From: Candidatus Methylomirabilota bacterium
Lineage (GTDB): Bacteria > Methylomirabilota > Methylomirabilia > Rokubacteriales > CSP1-6
Direction: 5' to 3'
NCBI GenBank assembly: GCA_046726415.1
Contig: JBKPAK010000327.1
Coordinates: 1 to 32,272, forward strand
DNA: 32,272 nt
Every line of letters starts with the position of its first letter. Within the stretch, counting starts at the first letter, position 1. The position numbers and the translations under genes were made by a program. Below the pieces are notes generated by a model. It was given only the letters and a program-made list of their open reading frames with translations. It had not been told where the DNA came from and did not search any database. Below are positions 9,310-18,222 of this stretch, one piece after another.

Positions 9310-9917
9310 CTCGCCGCCGGCCCGGTGCGATCCCCGGCCTCATGTCGTTCTTGGCGCTTCTCGCCACGGCGGGCTGCGGGACTTCGGGGATCGACGTGCG
9401 CTATCCCGAGGCCGGCGCGAATTCGTCGATGCTCGCGGCGGTGCCGCCCAGGCGCGTGGAGATCCGCAGGGTGGCCGACCGCCGCATGGACACCAGGCGG
9501 ATCGGATCCGTGGCGAAGAACGGCGACCTCCTGACGTCGCGACCCGTGGTCGAGATCGTGCGCGACGCACTCGTCGTCGAGCTCAGCAAAAACGGCCACG
9601 CGGTTGGGGCCGCGGGAGTGGAAGGCGTCGTCGCGGCGGACGTCGAGGAGTTCTGGCTGGATGTGGTCACCGGTTACTCGAAGATCCAGTACGTCGGGAA
9701 GGTGGCCATCGCGCTGACCGTGTCAGACGGACGGACCGGCAACGCGCTGTTCTCCCACCGATACATCGGAATCAAGCGGGGGCAGGTCGATGAAGCCTCC
9801 GACGGCGCCGCGCGCGACGCGATGGAGGCGGCGTTGGCCCGCACTATGCGCGACCTCGCCACCGACCCCGGCCTCGTGGCGGCCTTGGCTACTCTTCCGG
9901 GCGCCGAACCGCGGTGA
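9306..9917 (+). CDS. YajG-like lipoprotein
   Basis: Lipobox TAGC; VADRR...IG and ELSKNG pattern resembling YajG/Lipoprotein_16. Confidence 0.7.
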   Translation: MTRRRPGAIPGLMSFLALLATAGCGTSGIDVRYPEAGANSSMLAAVPPRRVEIRRVADRRMDTRRIGSVAKNGDLLTSRPVVEIVRDALVVELSKNGHAVGAAGVEGVVAADVEEFWLDVVTGYSKIQYVGKVAIALTVSDGRTGNALFSHRYIGIKRGQVDEASDGAARDAMEAALARTMRDLATDPGLVAALATLPGAEPR

Positions 9918-9991
9918 CTATCGCGGCACTGCACAGTGCTGGAGCGGAACCGCACGGCAATCAACCCGCTCCTCGTGCGAGGACGCCACGA

Positions 9992-10007
9992 TGGCACTTT
10001 TCTTGCC
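9992..10007 (+). promoter_or_regulatory. sigma54-type -24/-12 promoter
   Basis: TGGCAC-TTTTC-TTGCC, an exact TGGCAC-N5-TTGC match 90 nt upstream of the YtxH-like gene. Confidence 0.75.
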
Positions 10008-10097
10008 CTTGGAGTATGGAGTGAAATGGCTGAGCCGGTAATGCTGTTCAACGTCTCGAGGTAAGGCGAGAAGCACCAGCGAGGAGGGAGGTACGCC

Positions 10098-10346
10098 ATG
10101 ATCGGATTTGTGGCCGGAGCGATAGCGGGAGGAGCGCTTGTGTGGTTCTGGGGTGACCGCATGCGGCAACTCGCCCAGGAGAAGACACAGGGGGTCCGTG
10201 ACACAGTGGCGCGCGGACTGGAGAACGTGCAGGCTACGGCGGAAGGCGCCATCGACACTGCCAAGGAGCAGATCCGCACGGGACTCCAGGCCGGTCAGGA
10301 TTACGTTCGTCCCGATGACAAGAAGACCCCGCCCACCTACCGGTAA
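10098..10346 (+). CDS. YtxH-like small membrane-anchored stress protein
   Basis: N-terminal GFVAGAIAGG glycine-rich TM followed by an amphipathic helix; strong SD GGAGGT. Confidence 0.75.
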   Translation: MIGFVAGAIAGGALVWFWGDRMRQLAQEKTQGVRDTVARGLENVQATAEGAIDTAKEQIRTGLQAGQDYVRPDDKKTPPTYR

Positions 10347-10774
10347 GTCGTGGATGCACACGATCGCCGGGCGGATTGAGCCGTTCGAGGCCGAGCCGAA
10401 CGTCGGGGCACCCTCGCCGAGTCGCCGCGGTGAGCGGGCCTGTGCTGAGACGGAATCTCACGCAACCACGGTGGCAGGCGAGAAGCCATTCTCGACGCAT
10501 CCCCGGACCTCGACGACCCTTGGCACGCACGAGCGATCGGCGAACGCGTCTGAGTCGCGCCACCGTAGGAGCCGGATGCCGAACCGGCGGGCCTCTCAAG
10601 TGAGAAGATTCTACAACCTGCGCCGGCCGGGTCTCGTCGACGGACTCGCATGGCCGGCGCGGGAGAGGCGAGATCCCGTGGCACGACCGGCCATCCGCGT
10701 CGGATCGGGGCCTGAGGAGGAGCAGTAATCTCCGCTCACACCGAGAGACGACGCTAACCTTTGTTTCTCGTCGA

Positions 10775-11068
10775 GTGGGAACAGTGACCAAGGACGACCT
10801 CGCAGGGACGCCGCGCCTCCTGCCCTCGAGGCAAGGGCGAATCTTCATTGGCGTCATCGCGCCGATCGAGCCGCGGGTGGAGACGCCCCAGGAAGTCAGG
10901 GACCTGATCCTCACGGCGGTCAACTACATCCCCGTCGACCGCCTCGGAACGACCGGCGACTGCGGCTTCTCGCCTTTCAGCGACGACACCTCCACGAGCC
11001 GGGACACGGCCTTCGCCAAGATTCGGTCGCAAGTGCTCGGCACCGCGCTCACCGCCGAGATCATCTGA
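10775..11068 (+). pseudogene. C-terminal remnant of a cobalamin-independent methionine synthase II-family gene
   Basis: IFIGVI.P..PRVETP.EVRD...LGTTGDCGFSPF...AFAKI is the family C-terminus with the last Zn-binding Cys. The N-terminal portion with the HxC ligands is absent. Confidence 0.75.
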
Positions 11069-11073
11069 GCCAG

Positions 11074-12834
11074 GTGATGCAGGCGGACGACGAAGACGAG
11101 CTTCTCCGGTCGGTGGCCATCCAGAATGCGCAAAGCATTCTCGCCGCGCGGCAGCGTGCCGAGCAGGAGATCCTCCGAGCGAAAGAAGAGGTGGAGCGCG
11201 CCAGTCAGGAGCTGGCCCACTCCCTGGCCATGATGCGCGCGACCTTGGAGTCCACCTGGGACGGGATCCTGGTCACCGACGAGCGCGGCAACGTGACGGG
11301 CTTCAACGAGCGGTTTGTCCAGATGTGGCAGCTTCCTCGCGGGGTCATGGAGGCCCGGCAGCATCGCCAGATTCTCGACTTCTGCGCCCAGCATTTCAAT
11401 GACCGCGGGCCCTTCGCGTCCAGGGTGGAAGAGATTTACGCAGCCTCTCCCCAAGAAAGCTTTGACGTGCTGGAGCTCGCGGACGGAAGAGTGTTCGAGC
11501 GGTACTCCCGCGTCCAGGTCGTCGATGCGGGGAACGTTGGCCGCGTCTGGAGCTTTCGCGACCTGACCGAACACCGGCGCGCGCAAGAGGCCGCGCAACA
11601 GGCGGCCGAAGAGCGGAAGCACCTCCTGGAGAGTGAGCGATCCGCCCGCCGCGAAGCCGACCGGGCCAGCGCAATGAAAGACGACTTCCTCGCGATTCTC
11701 TCTCACGAATTGCGGACGCCGCTGAGTGCCATTTTCGGCTGGTCGCAAGTCCTTCGAGCGCGGACGATGAGCGCAGCCGAGCTTCGCCAGGGGCTGGAGA
11801 TCATCGAGCGCAATGCCCGCATGCAGACCCAGCTCATCGAAGACCTCCTGGACATGAGCCGGATCACGTCCGGGAGGATGCGTCTGGACACCCAGCCCGT
11901 GGATCTCGTGTCCGTCATCGAAGCGGCGATGGAAACGGTGAGGCCGGCGGCGGAGGCGAAGGCGATCAGGCTGACCAAGCTCCTGGACCTGGCGGCCGGG
12001 CCTATCATCGGCGATCCCGACCGGCTTCAGCAGGTCGTCTGGAATCTCCTCAGCAATGCCATCAAATTCACGGGAAAGAATGGAAGAGTTGAAGTGCGGC
12101 TGGAGCGGGTGAACTCGCAGATTGAGATTACCGTTGCTGACACGGGTATCGGCATCACCGCCGAGTTCCTCCCGCACGTCTTCGACCGCTTCCGGCAGGC
12201 CGACCCCTCGCGGATGCGGACGGCCGGGGGCCTTGGTCTAGGGCTCTCGATCGTCAAGCACCTGGTCGAGCAGCACGGGGGGAAAGTACAGGTCGCCAGC
12301 CCAGGCGAGGGCGGCGGGGCCACATTCACGGTGTGCCTTCCGTTGACGGTCGTCGTTCACCGGGACGCGGAGGGCGCCGGACGAGTCCACCCCGAAGAGA
12401 TGGGGGCGAGCGCATCGAAGTTCAGGCGCTCAAACTTGGCGGGAATCAGGGTGTTGGTGGTTGACGATCAGGCCGATGCGCGCGAGCTGATCAAGCGGGT
12501 GCTCGAAGAGTGCCACGCGGAAGTGCTCACGGCCGGCGCGGCGGATGAGGCGCTCAGAGCGGTGGAAAGGGACAGGCCGGATGTGCTCGTGAGTGACATC
12601 GGCATGCCGGATGTCGATGGATACGAACTTCTCAGGAGGGTGCGGGGGCTCGGCCATACGAGGGGAGGGGGGATACCGGCCATTGCGCTGACCGCGTTTG
12701 CGCGCTCCGAGGATCGCACCAGCGCACTGCGTGCCGGATTTCTGGTCCATGTGTCCAAGCCCGTCGAGCCCTCTGAGCTTGTCGCGACCGTGGCCAGTGT
12801 CGTGGGCCGGACGGGCGAGGCCGCCGCCGAGTAG
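11074..12834 (+). CDS. Hybrid sensor histidine kinase/response regulator (PAS-HisKA-HATPase-REC)
   Basis: LSHELRTPL, NLLSNAIKF, DTGIG and GLGLGL; REC VVDD/VSDIGMP/SKP. Start is GTG 11074 or ATG 11077. Confidence 0.93.
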   Translation: MMQADDEDELLRSVAIQNAQSILAARQRAEQEILRAKEEVERASQELAHSLAMMRATLESTWDGILVTDERGNVTGFNERFVQMWQLPRGVMEARQHRQILDFCAQHFNDRGPFASRVEEIYAASPQESFDVLELADGRVFERYSRVQVVDAGNVGRVWSFRDLTEHRRAQEAAQQAAEERKHLLESERSARREADRASAMKDDFLAILSHELRTPLSAIFGWSQVLRARTMSAAELRQGLEIIERNARMQTQLIEDLLDMSRITSGRMRLDTQPVDLVSVIEAAMETVRPAAEAKAIRLTKLLDLAAGPIIGDPDRLQQVVWNLLSNAIKFTGKNGRVEVRLERVNSQIEITVADTGIGITAEFLPHVFDRFRQADPSRMRTAGGLGLGLSIVKHLVEQHGGKVQVASPGEGGGATFTVCLPLTVVVHRDAEGAGRVHPEEMGASASKFRRSNLAGIRVLVVDDQADARELIKRVLEECHAEVLTAGAADEALRAVERDRPDVLVSDIGMPDVDGYELLRRVRGLGHTRGGGIPAIALTAFARSEDRTSALRAGFLVHVSKPVEPSELVATVASVVGRTGEAAAE

Positions 12835-12848
12835 CGGCGACGCCCGCG

Positions 12849-13724
12849 TCAGCCGTTGACGATTTCCCCACCGTTGGGATGCAAGACCTGTCCCGTCATG
12901 TAGCTGGAATCGGCGGAGGCGAGAAACACGTAGCAAGGCGCGATCTCGGCCGGTTCGCCGGCCCGGCCCAAGGGGACGTCCGAGCCGAATGTCGCGACCT
13001 TGCGGGGAGGAAAGGAAGCAGGGACGAGGGGCGTCCAGATTGGACCTGGCGCCACCGCGTTGACCCGAATCTTCTTGTCGGCGAGAGCCTGAGACAACGC
13101 GCGGGTGAATGAGACGATGGCGCCCTTGGTCGCCGAGTAATCGAGCAGATGATGGCTGCCTCGATACGCGGTCACCGACGACGTATTAATGATGGCACTG
13201 CCCGCCTTCAGGTGGAGCAACGCCGCCTTCGTCGTGAAGAACATGCCGTAGACATTGGTGCGGAACGTGCGTTCCAGTTGGCGGGCGGTGACGGCGTTGA
13301 GGCTTTCTTGAGGATGCTGCTCGGCGGCATTGTTGACCACGATGTCGAGCCGGCCGAGGCCTCGGACGACGTCGCGGACAGCGCGCCGGCAAAATCCCTC
13401 CTCCCCGATGTCTCCCGCGATGGTGATGCAGCGCCGACCGTGCGTCTCCACCCGCCGGCGCGTGTCCGCGGCATCTTTGTGCTCGTTCCTGTACACGATG
13501 GCCACGTCGGCTCCCTCTTCTGCGAAGGCGAGGGCCACCGCCCGGCCAATGCCGCTGTCACCGCCGGTAATCAGCGCCACGCGATTTTCCAGCCGCCGCC
13601 TGGCGGCTGGGGCCGGCTCGGCCCTGGCGGCAGGACGCAATCTTCCTTCGAGCCCGGGCTGGCGCCGCTGGCGCTGGGCCGGACGCAACCGGCGGCGCGG
13701 TTTGGTCTTCTGCGGCATCGGCAC
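12849..13724 (-). CDS. SDR oxidoreductase (YdaD/YghA general-stress type)
   Basis: TGGDSGIG, NNAA, YSATK, VAPGPIWTP and GQVLHPNGG. Confidence 0.92.
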   Translation of the reverse strand: MPMPQKTKPRRRLRPAQRQRRQPGLEGRLRPAARAEPAPAARRRLENRVALITGGDSGIGRAVALAFAEEGADVAIVYRNEHKDAADTRRRVETHGRRCITIAGDIGEEGFCRRAVRDVVRGLGRLDIVVNNAAEQHPQESLNAVTARQLERTFRTNVYGMFFTTKAALLHLKAGSAIINTSSVTAYRGSHHLLDYSATKGAIVSFTRALSQALADKKIRVNAVAPGPIWTPLVPASFPPRKVATFGSDVPLGRAGEPAEIAPCYVFLASADSSYMTGQVLHPNGGEIVNG

Positions 13725-13836
13725 GGATCCTTTCTTCAGAACGCTTCACGGGCACTCCCGATCCCGACGCGGTCTTGTCAATGGTGTCGCGGCCGCTCTG
13801 CCAGTGCTTCAGCTCACGGCCGCCCGGCCGCTATCG

Positions 13837-14175
13837 TTACCGCTTTCCCTCCGAGACGGTCACCCTCTGGGCCACCACTTTGCCGTCGCGACTCGCATAG
13901 TTCACCGTGACTCGGTCGCCCGCTTTGAGGTCGGCGACCGAGCCCGGCTGAGTGCCCCGGCGGACGCTCGTCTTGTCATCGACGCTGAAGGCCCACTCGC
14001 GCTCTTTGTCTCGCTCCTTACCCGCCACCACGAAGCCATCCGCGGTCGTGCTCTTCACGGTGCCAGTGACGGTTCCCTTCCCGTTCTTTGGTTTAGCGGC
14101 CTCCTGAGATAGGGCGGAAGCGGTCATGCTGATCAGGAGTCCGAGACTCACCAATGCAGCGAGCACGGTACGCAT
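13837..14175 (-). CDS. Small secreted beta-rich protein (OB-fold/DUF5666-like)
   Basis: Signal peptide; VTGTVKS and DLKAGDRVTVNY patterns; 3 nt downstream of the preceding gene. Confidence 0.7.
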   Translation of the reverse strand: MRTVLAALVSLGLLISMTASALSQEAAKPKNGKGTVTGTVKSTTADGFVVAGKERDKEREWAFSVDDKTSVRRGTQPGSVADLKAGDRVTVNYASRDGKVVAQRVTVSEGKR

Positions 14176-14178
14176 GGC

Positions 14179-14703
14179 TCAGGGGGACCGCCGTCCGTAG
14201 ACGTTCTCACCACGCGCAGCCTTCCATTCGCGCTCGAAATAATCGGCGTCCTCATCGCTGCGAGGCCGAACCCCCAGGAGCACGCCGCCCTCTTTGAGGC
14301 CACTCTCGTACAGGCGGGCGCGTTCCTCGGGAATGCCGGCACCGACCAAGCCCCCGATGATACCGCCGGCCAGACTACCAGCCCCGGCGCCGGCGAGGGC
14401 CGCGGCGATGGGTCCGGCCACGACCAAACCTACCCCGGGAATCGCAATCGTCGCGGCGGCGGCGATGGCGGCAAGGGCGCCACCCGCGACCGCGCCTATT
14501 CCGGCCCCCACGCCCACACCTTCGAGGGCCTTCGTGCCCAACTCGGTCTTGGCAGTCTTGTCACCGTAGTACTTGCGCCGCGTCTCATCCGACATCATGA
14601 CGTCAACGTCTTCGGCCCGGTAACCGCGGGGTCCGAGGTGCCCGTAGGCCCTCTCGGCGCTCTCTCGATCGCGGAATAGTCCCGTCACGAGTCTGTCTGG
14701 CAT
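14179..14703 (-). CDS. General stress protein (YflT/17M-like) with a glycine-zipper membrane hairpin
   Basis: VTGLFRDRESAERAY, long G/A-rich segment, GAGIPEERARLYE; SD GGAGG. Confidence 0.82.
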   Translation of the reverse strand: MPDRLVTGLFRDRESAERAYGHLGPRGYRAEDVDVMMSDETRRKYYGDKTAKTELGTKALEGVGVGAGIGAVAGGALAAIAAAATIAIPGVGLVVAGPIAAALAGAGAGSLAGGIIGGLVGAGIPEERARLYESGLKEGGVLLGVRPRSDEDADYFEREWKAARGENVYGRRSP

Positions 14704-14782
14704 AAATGCCTCCCTGGCTGGGTGGGCTTAGAGTGTGCTGCCGGCTCGGGTTGCTCCGGCGCAGCCCAGCACCTTCCGGTTG

Positions 14783-14798
14783 TGCACCCACGATGCCA
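14783..14798 (-). promoter_or_regulatory. sigma54-type -24/-12 element for the 14703-start operon
   Basis: TGGCAT-CGTGG-GTGCA. Confidence 0.6.
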
Positions 14799-14979
14799 AG
14801 GAGGTGCACCGCTCTCGCGCTCGCCGATCTCGTGCGACCGGAGCTGATCTGAGCAGATTTTGCACTTTTCTACCAGCTCGGCTCCAAGGTGGGGGTCCAG
14901 AACGAGCCAACTACACGTGGTAGGACGACCTGCCTTGACCTCGTCTCAGGCCTCCGAAGACGCGGCGAGCTTCACTGGC

Positions 14980-14995
14980 CGGCATGCCTTCCGCA
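14980..14995 (+). promoter_or_regulatory. sigma54-type -24/-12 element upstream of the receiver protein
   Basis: CGGCAT-GCCTT-CCGCA. Confidence 0.45.
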
Positions 14996-15023
14996 GGGCG
15001 ATAGATGGCATAGAGGGCCAACA

Positions 15024-15380
15024 ATGGCGAGGGTGCTCGTCGTCGATGACGTCTCCGCTGACGCTGACATGTGGGCCACGATTCTTGCAAACGACGGTCA
15101 CGACGTCGTGACCGCCTCCGACGGTGCTGCCGCGCTCCGCGCCTGCGACCGCTATCTGCCCGACCTCGTCATCACTGATCTCGAGCTTCCGGAATTGAAC
15201 GGCCTCGCGATTATCAAACGCCTCCACGACGTGGGAGCCGAGGTGGAAATCATCGCCATATCGGGCAGCGCGAGCGCATTGGAGACCGCCAAAGCCCTCG
15301 GGGTGTCCGCCGCCCTCCGCAAGCCGGTGGCCATGACCGATTTTGCTGCCGTCGTCCGTTCGCTGCTGGCGCCGGGCTGA
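15024..15380 (+). CDS. Single-domain response regulator (REC only)
   Basis: VLVVDD, VITDLELP, AISG and RKP; 118 aa. Confidence 0.9.
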   Translation: MARVLVVDDVSADADMWATILANDGHDVVTASDGAAALRACDRYLPDLVITDLELPELNGLAIIKRLHDVGAEVEIIAISGSASALETAKALGVSAALRKPVAMTDFAAVVRSLLAPG

Positions 15381-15401
15381 CCTGCGCCCGGTTGTCCCGA
15401 C

Positions 15402-15856
15402 CTAGGCGGTGACGACGACGTCTTCGAGCGGTCGGCGGGGCGAGCGCGGCGCCTCGCGCCGTGCGTGTCCGAGTCTGAAGACGAATGTCGGCTCCCAGCC
15501 GTGGGCACGCGCGAATGTCGCCAGAGCCGGACCGAACTCGTCATTCCGCCCCCGCATCTGATTGCGGTCCCTCATCTCGACGGGCTGATTGAGAGGTTGT
15601 GCCGCAAGACCTTGCGCGGTCACCGCCAGATGCAGCTGCCGCCAGGCCCGTCCGCGGCGACGGCCTGAGCCATGTCCGATCGGTCGCGCACCAGGATCAT
15701 GCCGAATACCGGAGCCGTCGCCGTGTGCACCTCTCGCGTCGCATTGAGCCAAAGCCGATCTGTTGTCGCCGCATCGAGATCGGGAAGCATCTTTCCCGCG
15801 ATCGCCATGGGCCGGCGCGTACCGGATGTGTCGAATACCCTTCGGCCTGCTGGCAT
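15402..15856 (-). pseudogene. Truncated, frameshifted Acg/nitroreductase-like gene
   Basis: ORF 15620-15856 (...APVFGMILVRDRSDMAQAVAA) joins ORF 15402-15752 (GRAWRQLHL...QPLNQ...FRLGH...SPRRPLEDVV) if one G is restored at about 15652. Confidence 0.65.
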
Positions 15857-15917
15857 GGAAGGGTCTCGGCGGCGGCGCGCTGGGATCAGGTGATGCCGGG
15901 ACCTCGAGGACCGCTCT

Positions 15918-16082
15918 TCAGCCGCGGCCCTCCCCGATTCCTCCCGTGGCTTCCGCCTGCCGGCGCCGGTCGTCCTGCCGCAATAGCGCGGCCCGGGACA
16001 CCGAGTCGCTTGTCACGATGTCCACGATCGCTCGTCGGACGTCTTCGTCCCGCAGAAGGTCGAGCAGTTCTTCCTTGGTCAT
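15918..16082 (-). CDS. Small hypothetical helical protein (54 aa)
   Basis: MTKEELLDLLRDEDVRRAIVDIV, protein-like; AGGGA upstream. Confidence 0.45.
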   Translation of the reverse strand: MTKEELLDLLRDEDVRRAIVDIVTSDSVSRAALLRQDDRRRQAEATGGIGEGRG

Positions 16083-16284
16083 GGACGGGTCCCTACGGAG
16101 GGGCTCACCGCCCCCCGAGCGACGACTGGCTCTTTCGCGTGGGGCTACCCACACGCCGATCGCCCTACTTCCGCCCGTGGCCGTCGCCCTAGACCGCTTG
16201 ACAGTGCAACCGTCGTGCTAGCGACTACGCTGTTTGGGTCGAGCCCGTTCGTGACTGCCGGGGTGCCTAGTCCATACTTTCGAC

Positions 16285-17592
16285 ATGGATACCATTTGGC
16301 TGGAGATCGCGCTGATTGTGGTGGCCATCCTGGCCAACGGATATTTCGCTGGTTCGGAGATCGCCGTTGTCTCCTCGCGCGTGAGCCGGCTCGAAAGTCT
16401 GCGCGAAGCCGGTCAGCCCGGCGCCGCCAGCGCGTTGCGCCTCAAGGAGGCGCCGGATGCGTTCCTCGCGACGATCCAGATCGCCATCACGTCGGTGGCC
16501 ACGCTGGCCTCGGCGGTCGGCGGCGCCGCCGCCGTGGAAGCGCTGACTCCTCTCCTGGCCGGCCTTCCATTGCCGGGCGCCGCGCAGTGGGCGGAGCCGG
16601 TGGCGCTGGGCGCCGTCGTCGTCCTGATCACTTACGTGTCGCTGGTTCTCGGTGAGCTGGTTCCCAAGGCCCTCGCGCTCCGGAACCCGGAACGCTTCGC
16701 GTGCTTCGTGGCTCGGCCGGTCGAATTCCTCAGCAGGGCGAGCAACAAGCTGGTGCGCCTCCTGACGACGTCCACCAATCTCGTCCTCCTCGTGCTGGGT
16801 CAGAGCCGCGTGCTCGAGGCCCCGCCTGTCTCGGAGGACGACGTCCGGTATCTGGTGAGGGAGGGTGCAGCCCGTGGCGTCTTCGAACGCGAGGAGGCCG
16901 CGCTGGTGCATCGCGTATTCGAATTCACCGACACTACGGTCCGCGAAATCATGATCCCGCGCCACCGCGTCCTGGGCGTTGAGGTCGCGACTCCGCCCGG
17001 CGAGGTCATGGCGCGGCTGGCGCAGATCGGGAAGTCCAGGATGCCAGTGTATCGAGACTCTATCGAGCACACGATTGGCGTCATCACCCTGAAAGATGTT
17101 GTGAGGGCCCTCGCCCAAGGCGAGGCGCTCGATCTGGCCCGTCTCGCCACCCCCGCCCTCTTCGTGCCCGAGATGCTTCGGGTGAGCCGCCTGCTCGAGG
17201 AGTTTCGGCGGACCGGTCGGGAGTTCGCCATGGTGGTGGATGAGTACGGCAGCATCGTCGGCGCTGTGACGCTAGAGGATGTGCTCGGCGAGATCGTCGC
17301 GGGGATTCCGGGCGTGGAGAGCGACAGCGTGGGAATGTCGGGGGTCAGCCGCCTTCCCAACAGCTCGTATCTGCTCGATGGCTCTGTGTCGGCAGAGGAT
17401 GTCCGGACCCGCCTCGGCGTGCCTATCCCAGAGTCCGAGGACTATCAAACCGTAGCCGGTTTCATCTTGTTTCGCCTCGAAGCAGTTCCGACCCCAGGAG
17501 TGTCTCTGGACCTTCCTGGGTGGTGCTTGACGGTGGTCGACATGGACGGGCCTCGGATCGCGAGGATCAAGGCCCAGCGAATGACGCCCTGA
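16285..17592 (+). CDS. Hemolysin-family/CNNM protein (DUF21-CBS-CBS-CorC_HlyC)
   Basis: NGYFAGSEIA, GELVPK, EIMIPR, SRMPVY, VVDEYG..G.VTLEDVL and YQTVAGF. Confidence 0.93.
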   Translation: MDTIWLEIALIVVAILANGYFAGSEIAVVSSRVSRLESLREAGQPGAASALRLKEAPDAFLATIQIAITSVATLASAVGGAAAVEALTPLLAGLPLPGAAQWAEPVALGAVVVLITYVSLVLGELVPKALALRNPERFACFVARPVEFLSRASNKLVRLLTTSTNLVLLVLGQSRVLEAPPVSEDDVRYLVREGAARGVFEREEAALVHRVFEFTDTTVREIMIPRHRVLGVEVATPPGEVMARLAQIGKSRMPVYRDSIEHTIGVITLKDVVRALAQGEALDLARLATPALFVPEMLRVSRLLEEFRRTGREFAMVVDEYGSIVGAVTLEDVLGEIVAGIPGVESDSVGMSGVSRLPNSSYLLDGSVSAEDVRTRLGVPIPESEDYQTVAGFILFRLEAVPTPGVSLDLPGWCLTVVDMDGPRIARIKAQRMTP

Positions 17593-17702
17593 GGTACCCA
17601 GAGTGCGGCCGGTGAATGACGCCGTGCCGCCGAGGCCGGCTCGCCGAGGATACTGAGTGGCCCCTCCGCCTGCGGGTTCGAGCTTACAGTCGCCGCTTTA
17701 CG

Positions 17703-17885
17703 TTATGCCTGCTCGGGAGCCTTCAGCACTTCGAAGGGGCCGCTTTCCAAGTCGAGCCGGTAGATATTGTTCAGGATGATTTCCTGAACGACCCCCCGAT
17801 CGATGAGCTGTCCCTGGAGTCGGATCTCGAGGATATCGCCGACCTGCCACTGCCTCTCCCGATCACGAATCAGCCAATCAGCCAT
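17703..17885 (-). CDS. Small hypothetical protein (60 aa, possibly an SH3-like beta barrel)
   Basis: WQVGDILEIR..GVV pattern; GGAGAGG upstream. Confidence 0.55.
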   Translation of the reverse strand: MADWLIRDRERQWQVGDILEIRLQGQLIDRGVVQEIILNNIYRLDLESGPFEVLKAPEQA

Positions 17886-17923
17886 TCCATGTGCCTCTCC
17901 CTAGGTTGTGCCGCCTGCCGACG

Positions 17924-18150
17924 TCATAGATAGGGTAGGGCGCGCTGCGTCGTGCGGTACGGCTGCGCGGCGAATCCCAGTTCGGATTGCGCTTGCGCCG
18001 CACAGTCCGGGTTCGTGCATGCCCACGTGCCGGGCCGGATCACGGTGCGGGTCGCTCCCAATCAATCGCGAGCGTGGGAGCCGACACGAGCCGCGTCGGG
18101 GCACCGCACCTCGGACACGAGTTGCTTTGGGGGTCAGTCCGGCCTCGCAA
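17924..18150 (-). pseudogene. Small zinc-ribbon protein split by a 1-nt frameshift
   Basis: AAGGAGG-N5-TTG start gives ...CPRCG...AID; the shifted frame from 18061 gives LGATRTVIRPGTWACTNPDC... Confidence 0.55.
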
Positions 18151-18188
18151 GGGCGCCTCCTTGTTGCGTACTCTCTGTCTGTGAGGAG

Positions 18189-18204
18189 TGCAAGGGGAAT
18201 GCCG
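18189..18204 (-). promoter_or_regulatory. sigma54-type -24/-12 promoter
   Basis: CGGCAT-TCCCC-TTGCA, 38 nt upstream of TTG 18150. Confidence 0.65.
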
Positions 18205-18222
18205 ACTGCACGACCACCGCCT

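Noticed and set aside
10347..10774. Short ORFs in the 430-bp gap (e.g. ATG 10576-10728)
   Set aside because: No recognisable motif, atypical composition, short SD spacing
10729..10830. Hairpins upstream of the MetE-like fragment as a cobalamin or SAM riboswitch
   Set aside because: No B12-box or SAM consensus recognisable, and the gene's true 5' end is missing; an Rfam scan would settle it
13788..13803. TGGCAG-AGCGG-CCGCG as a sigma54 site for the SDR
   Set aside because: Poor -12 half; the gene is probably read from the 14783 promoter
17579..17660. Short direct repeats (gaatgacgcc x2, cgccgagg x2) at the end of the CNNM gene
   Set aside because: Too short and irregular for CRISPR, att or IS ends
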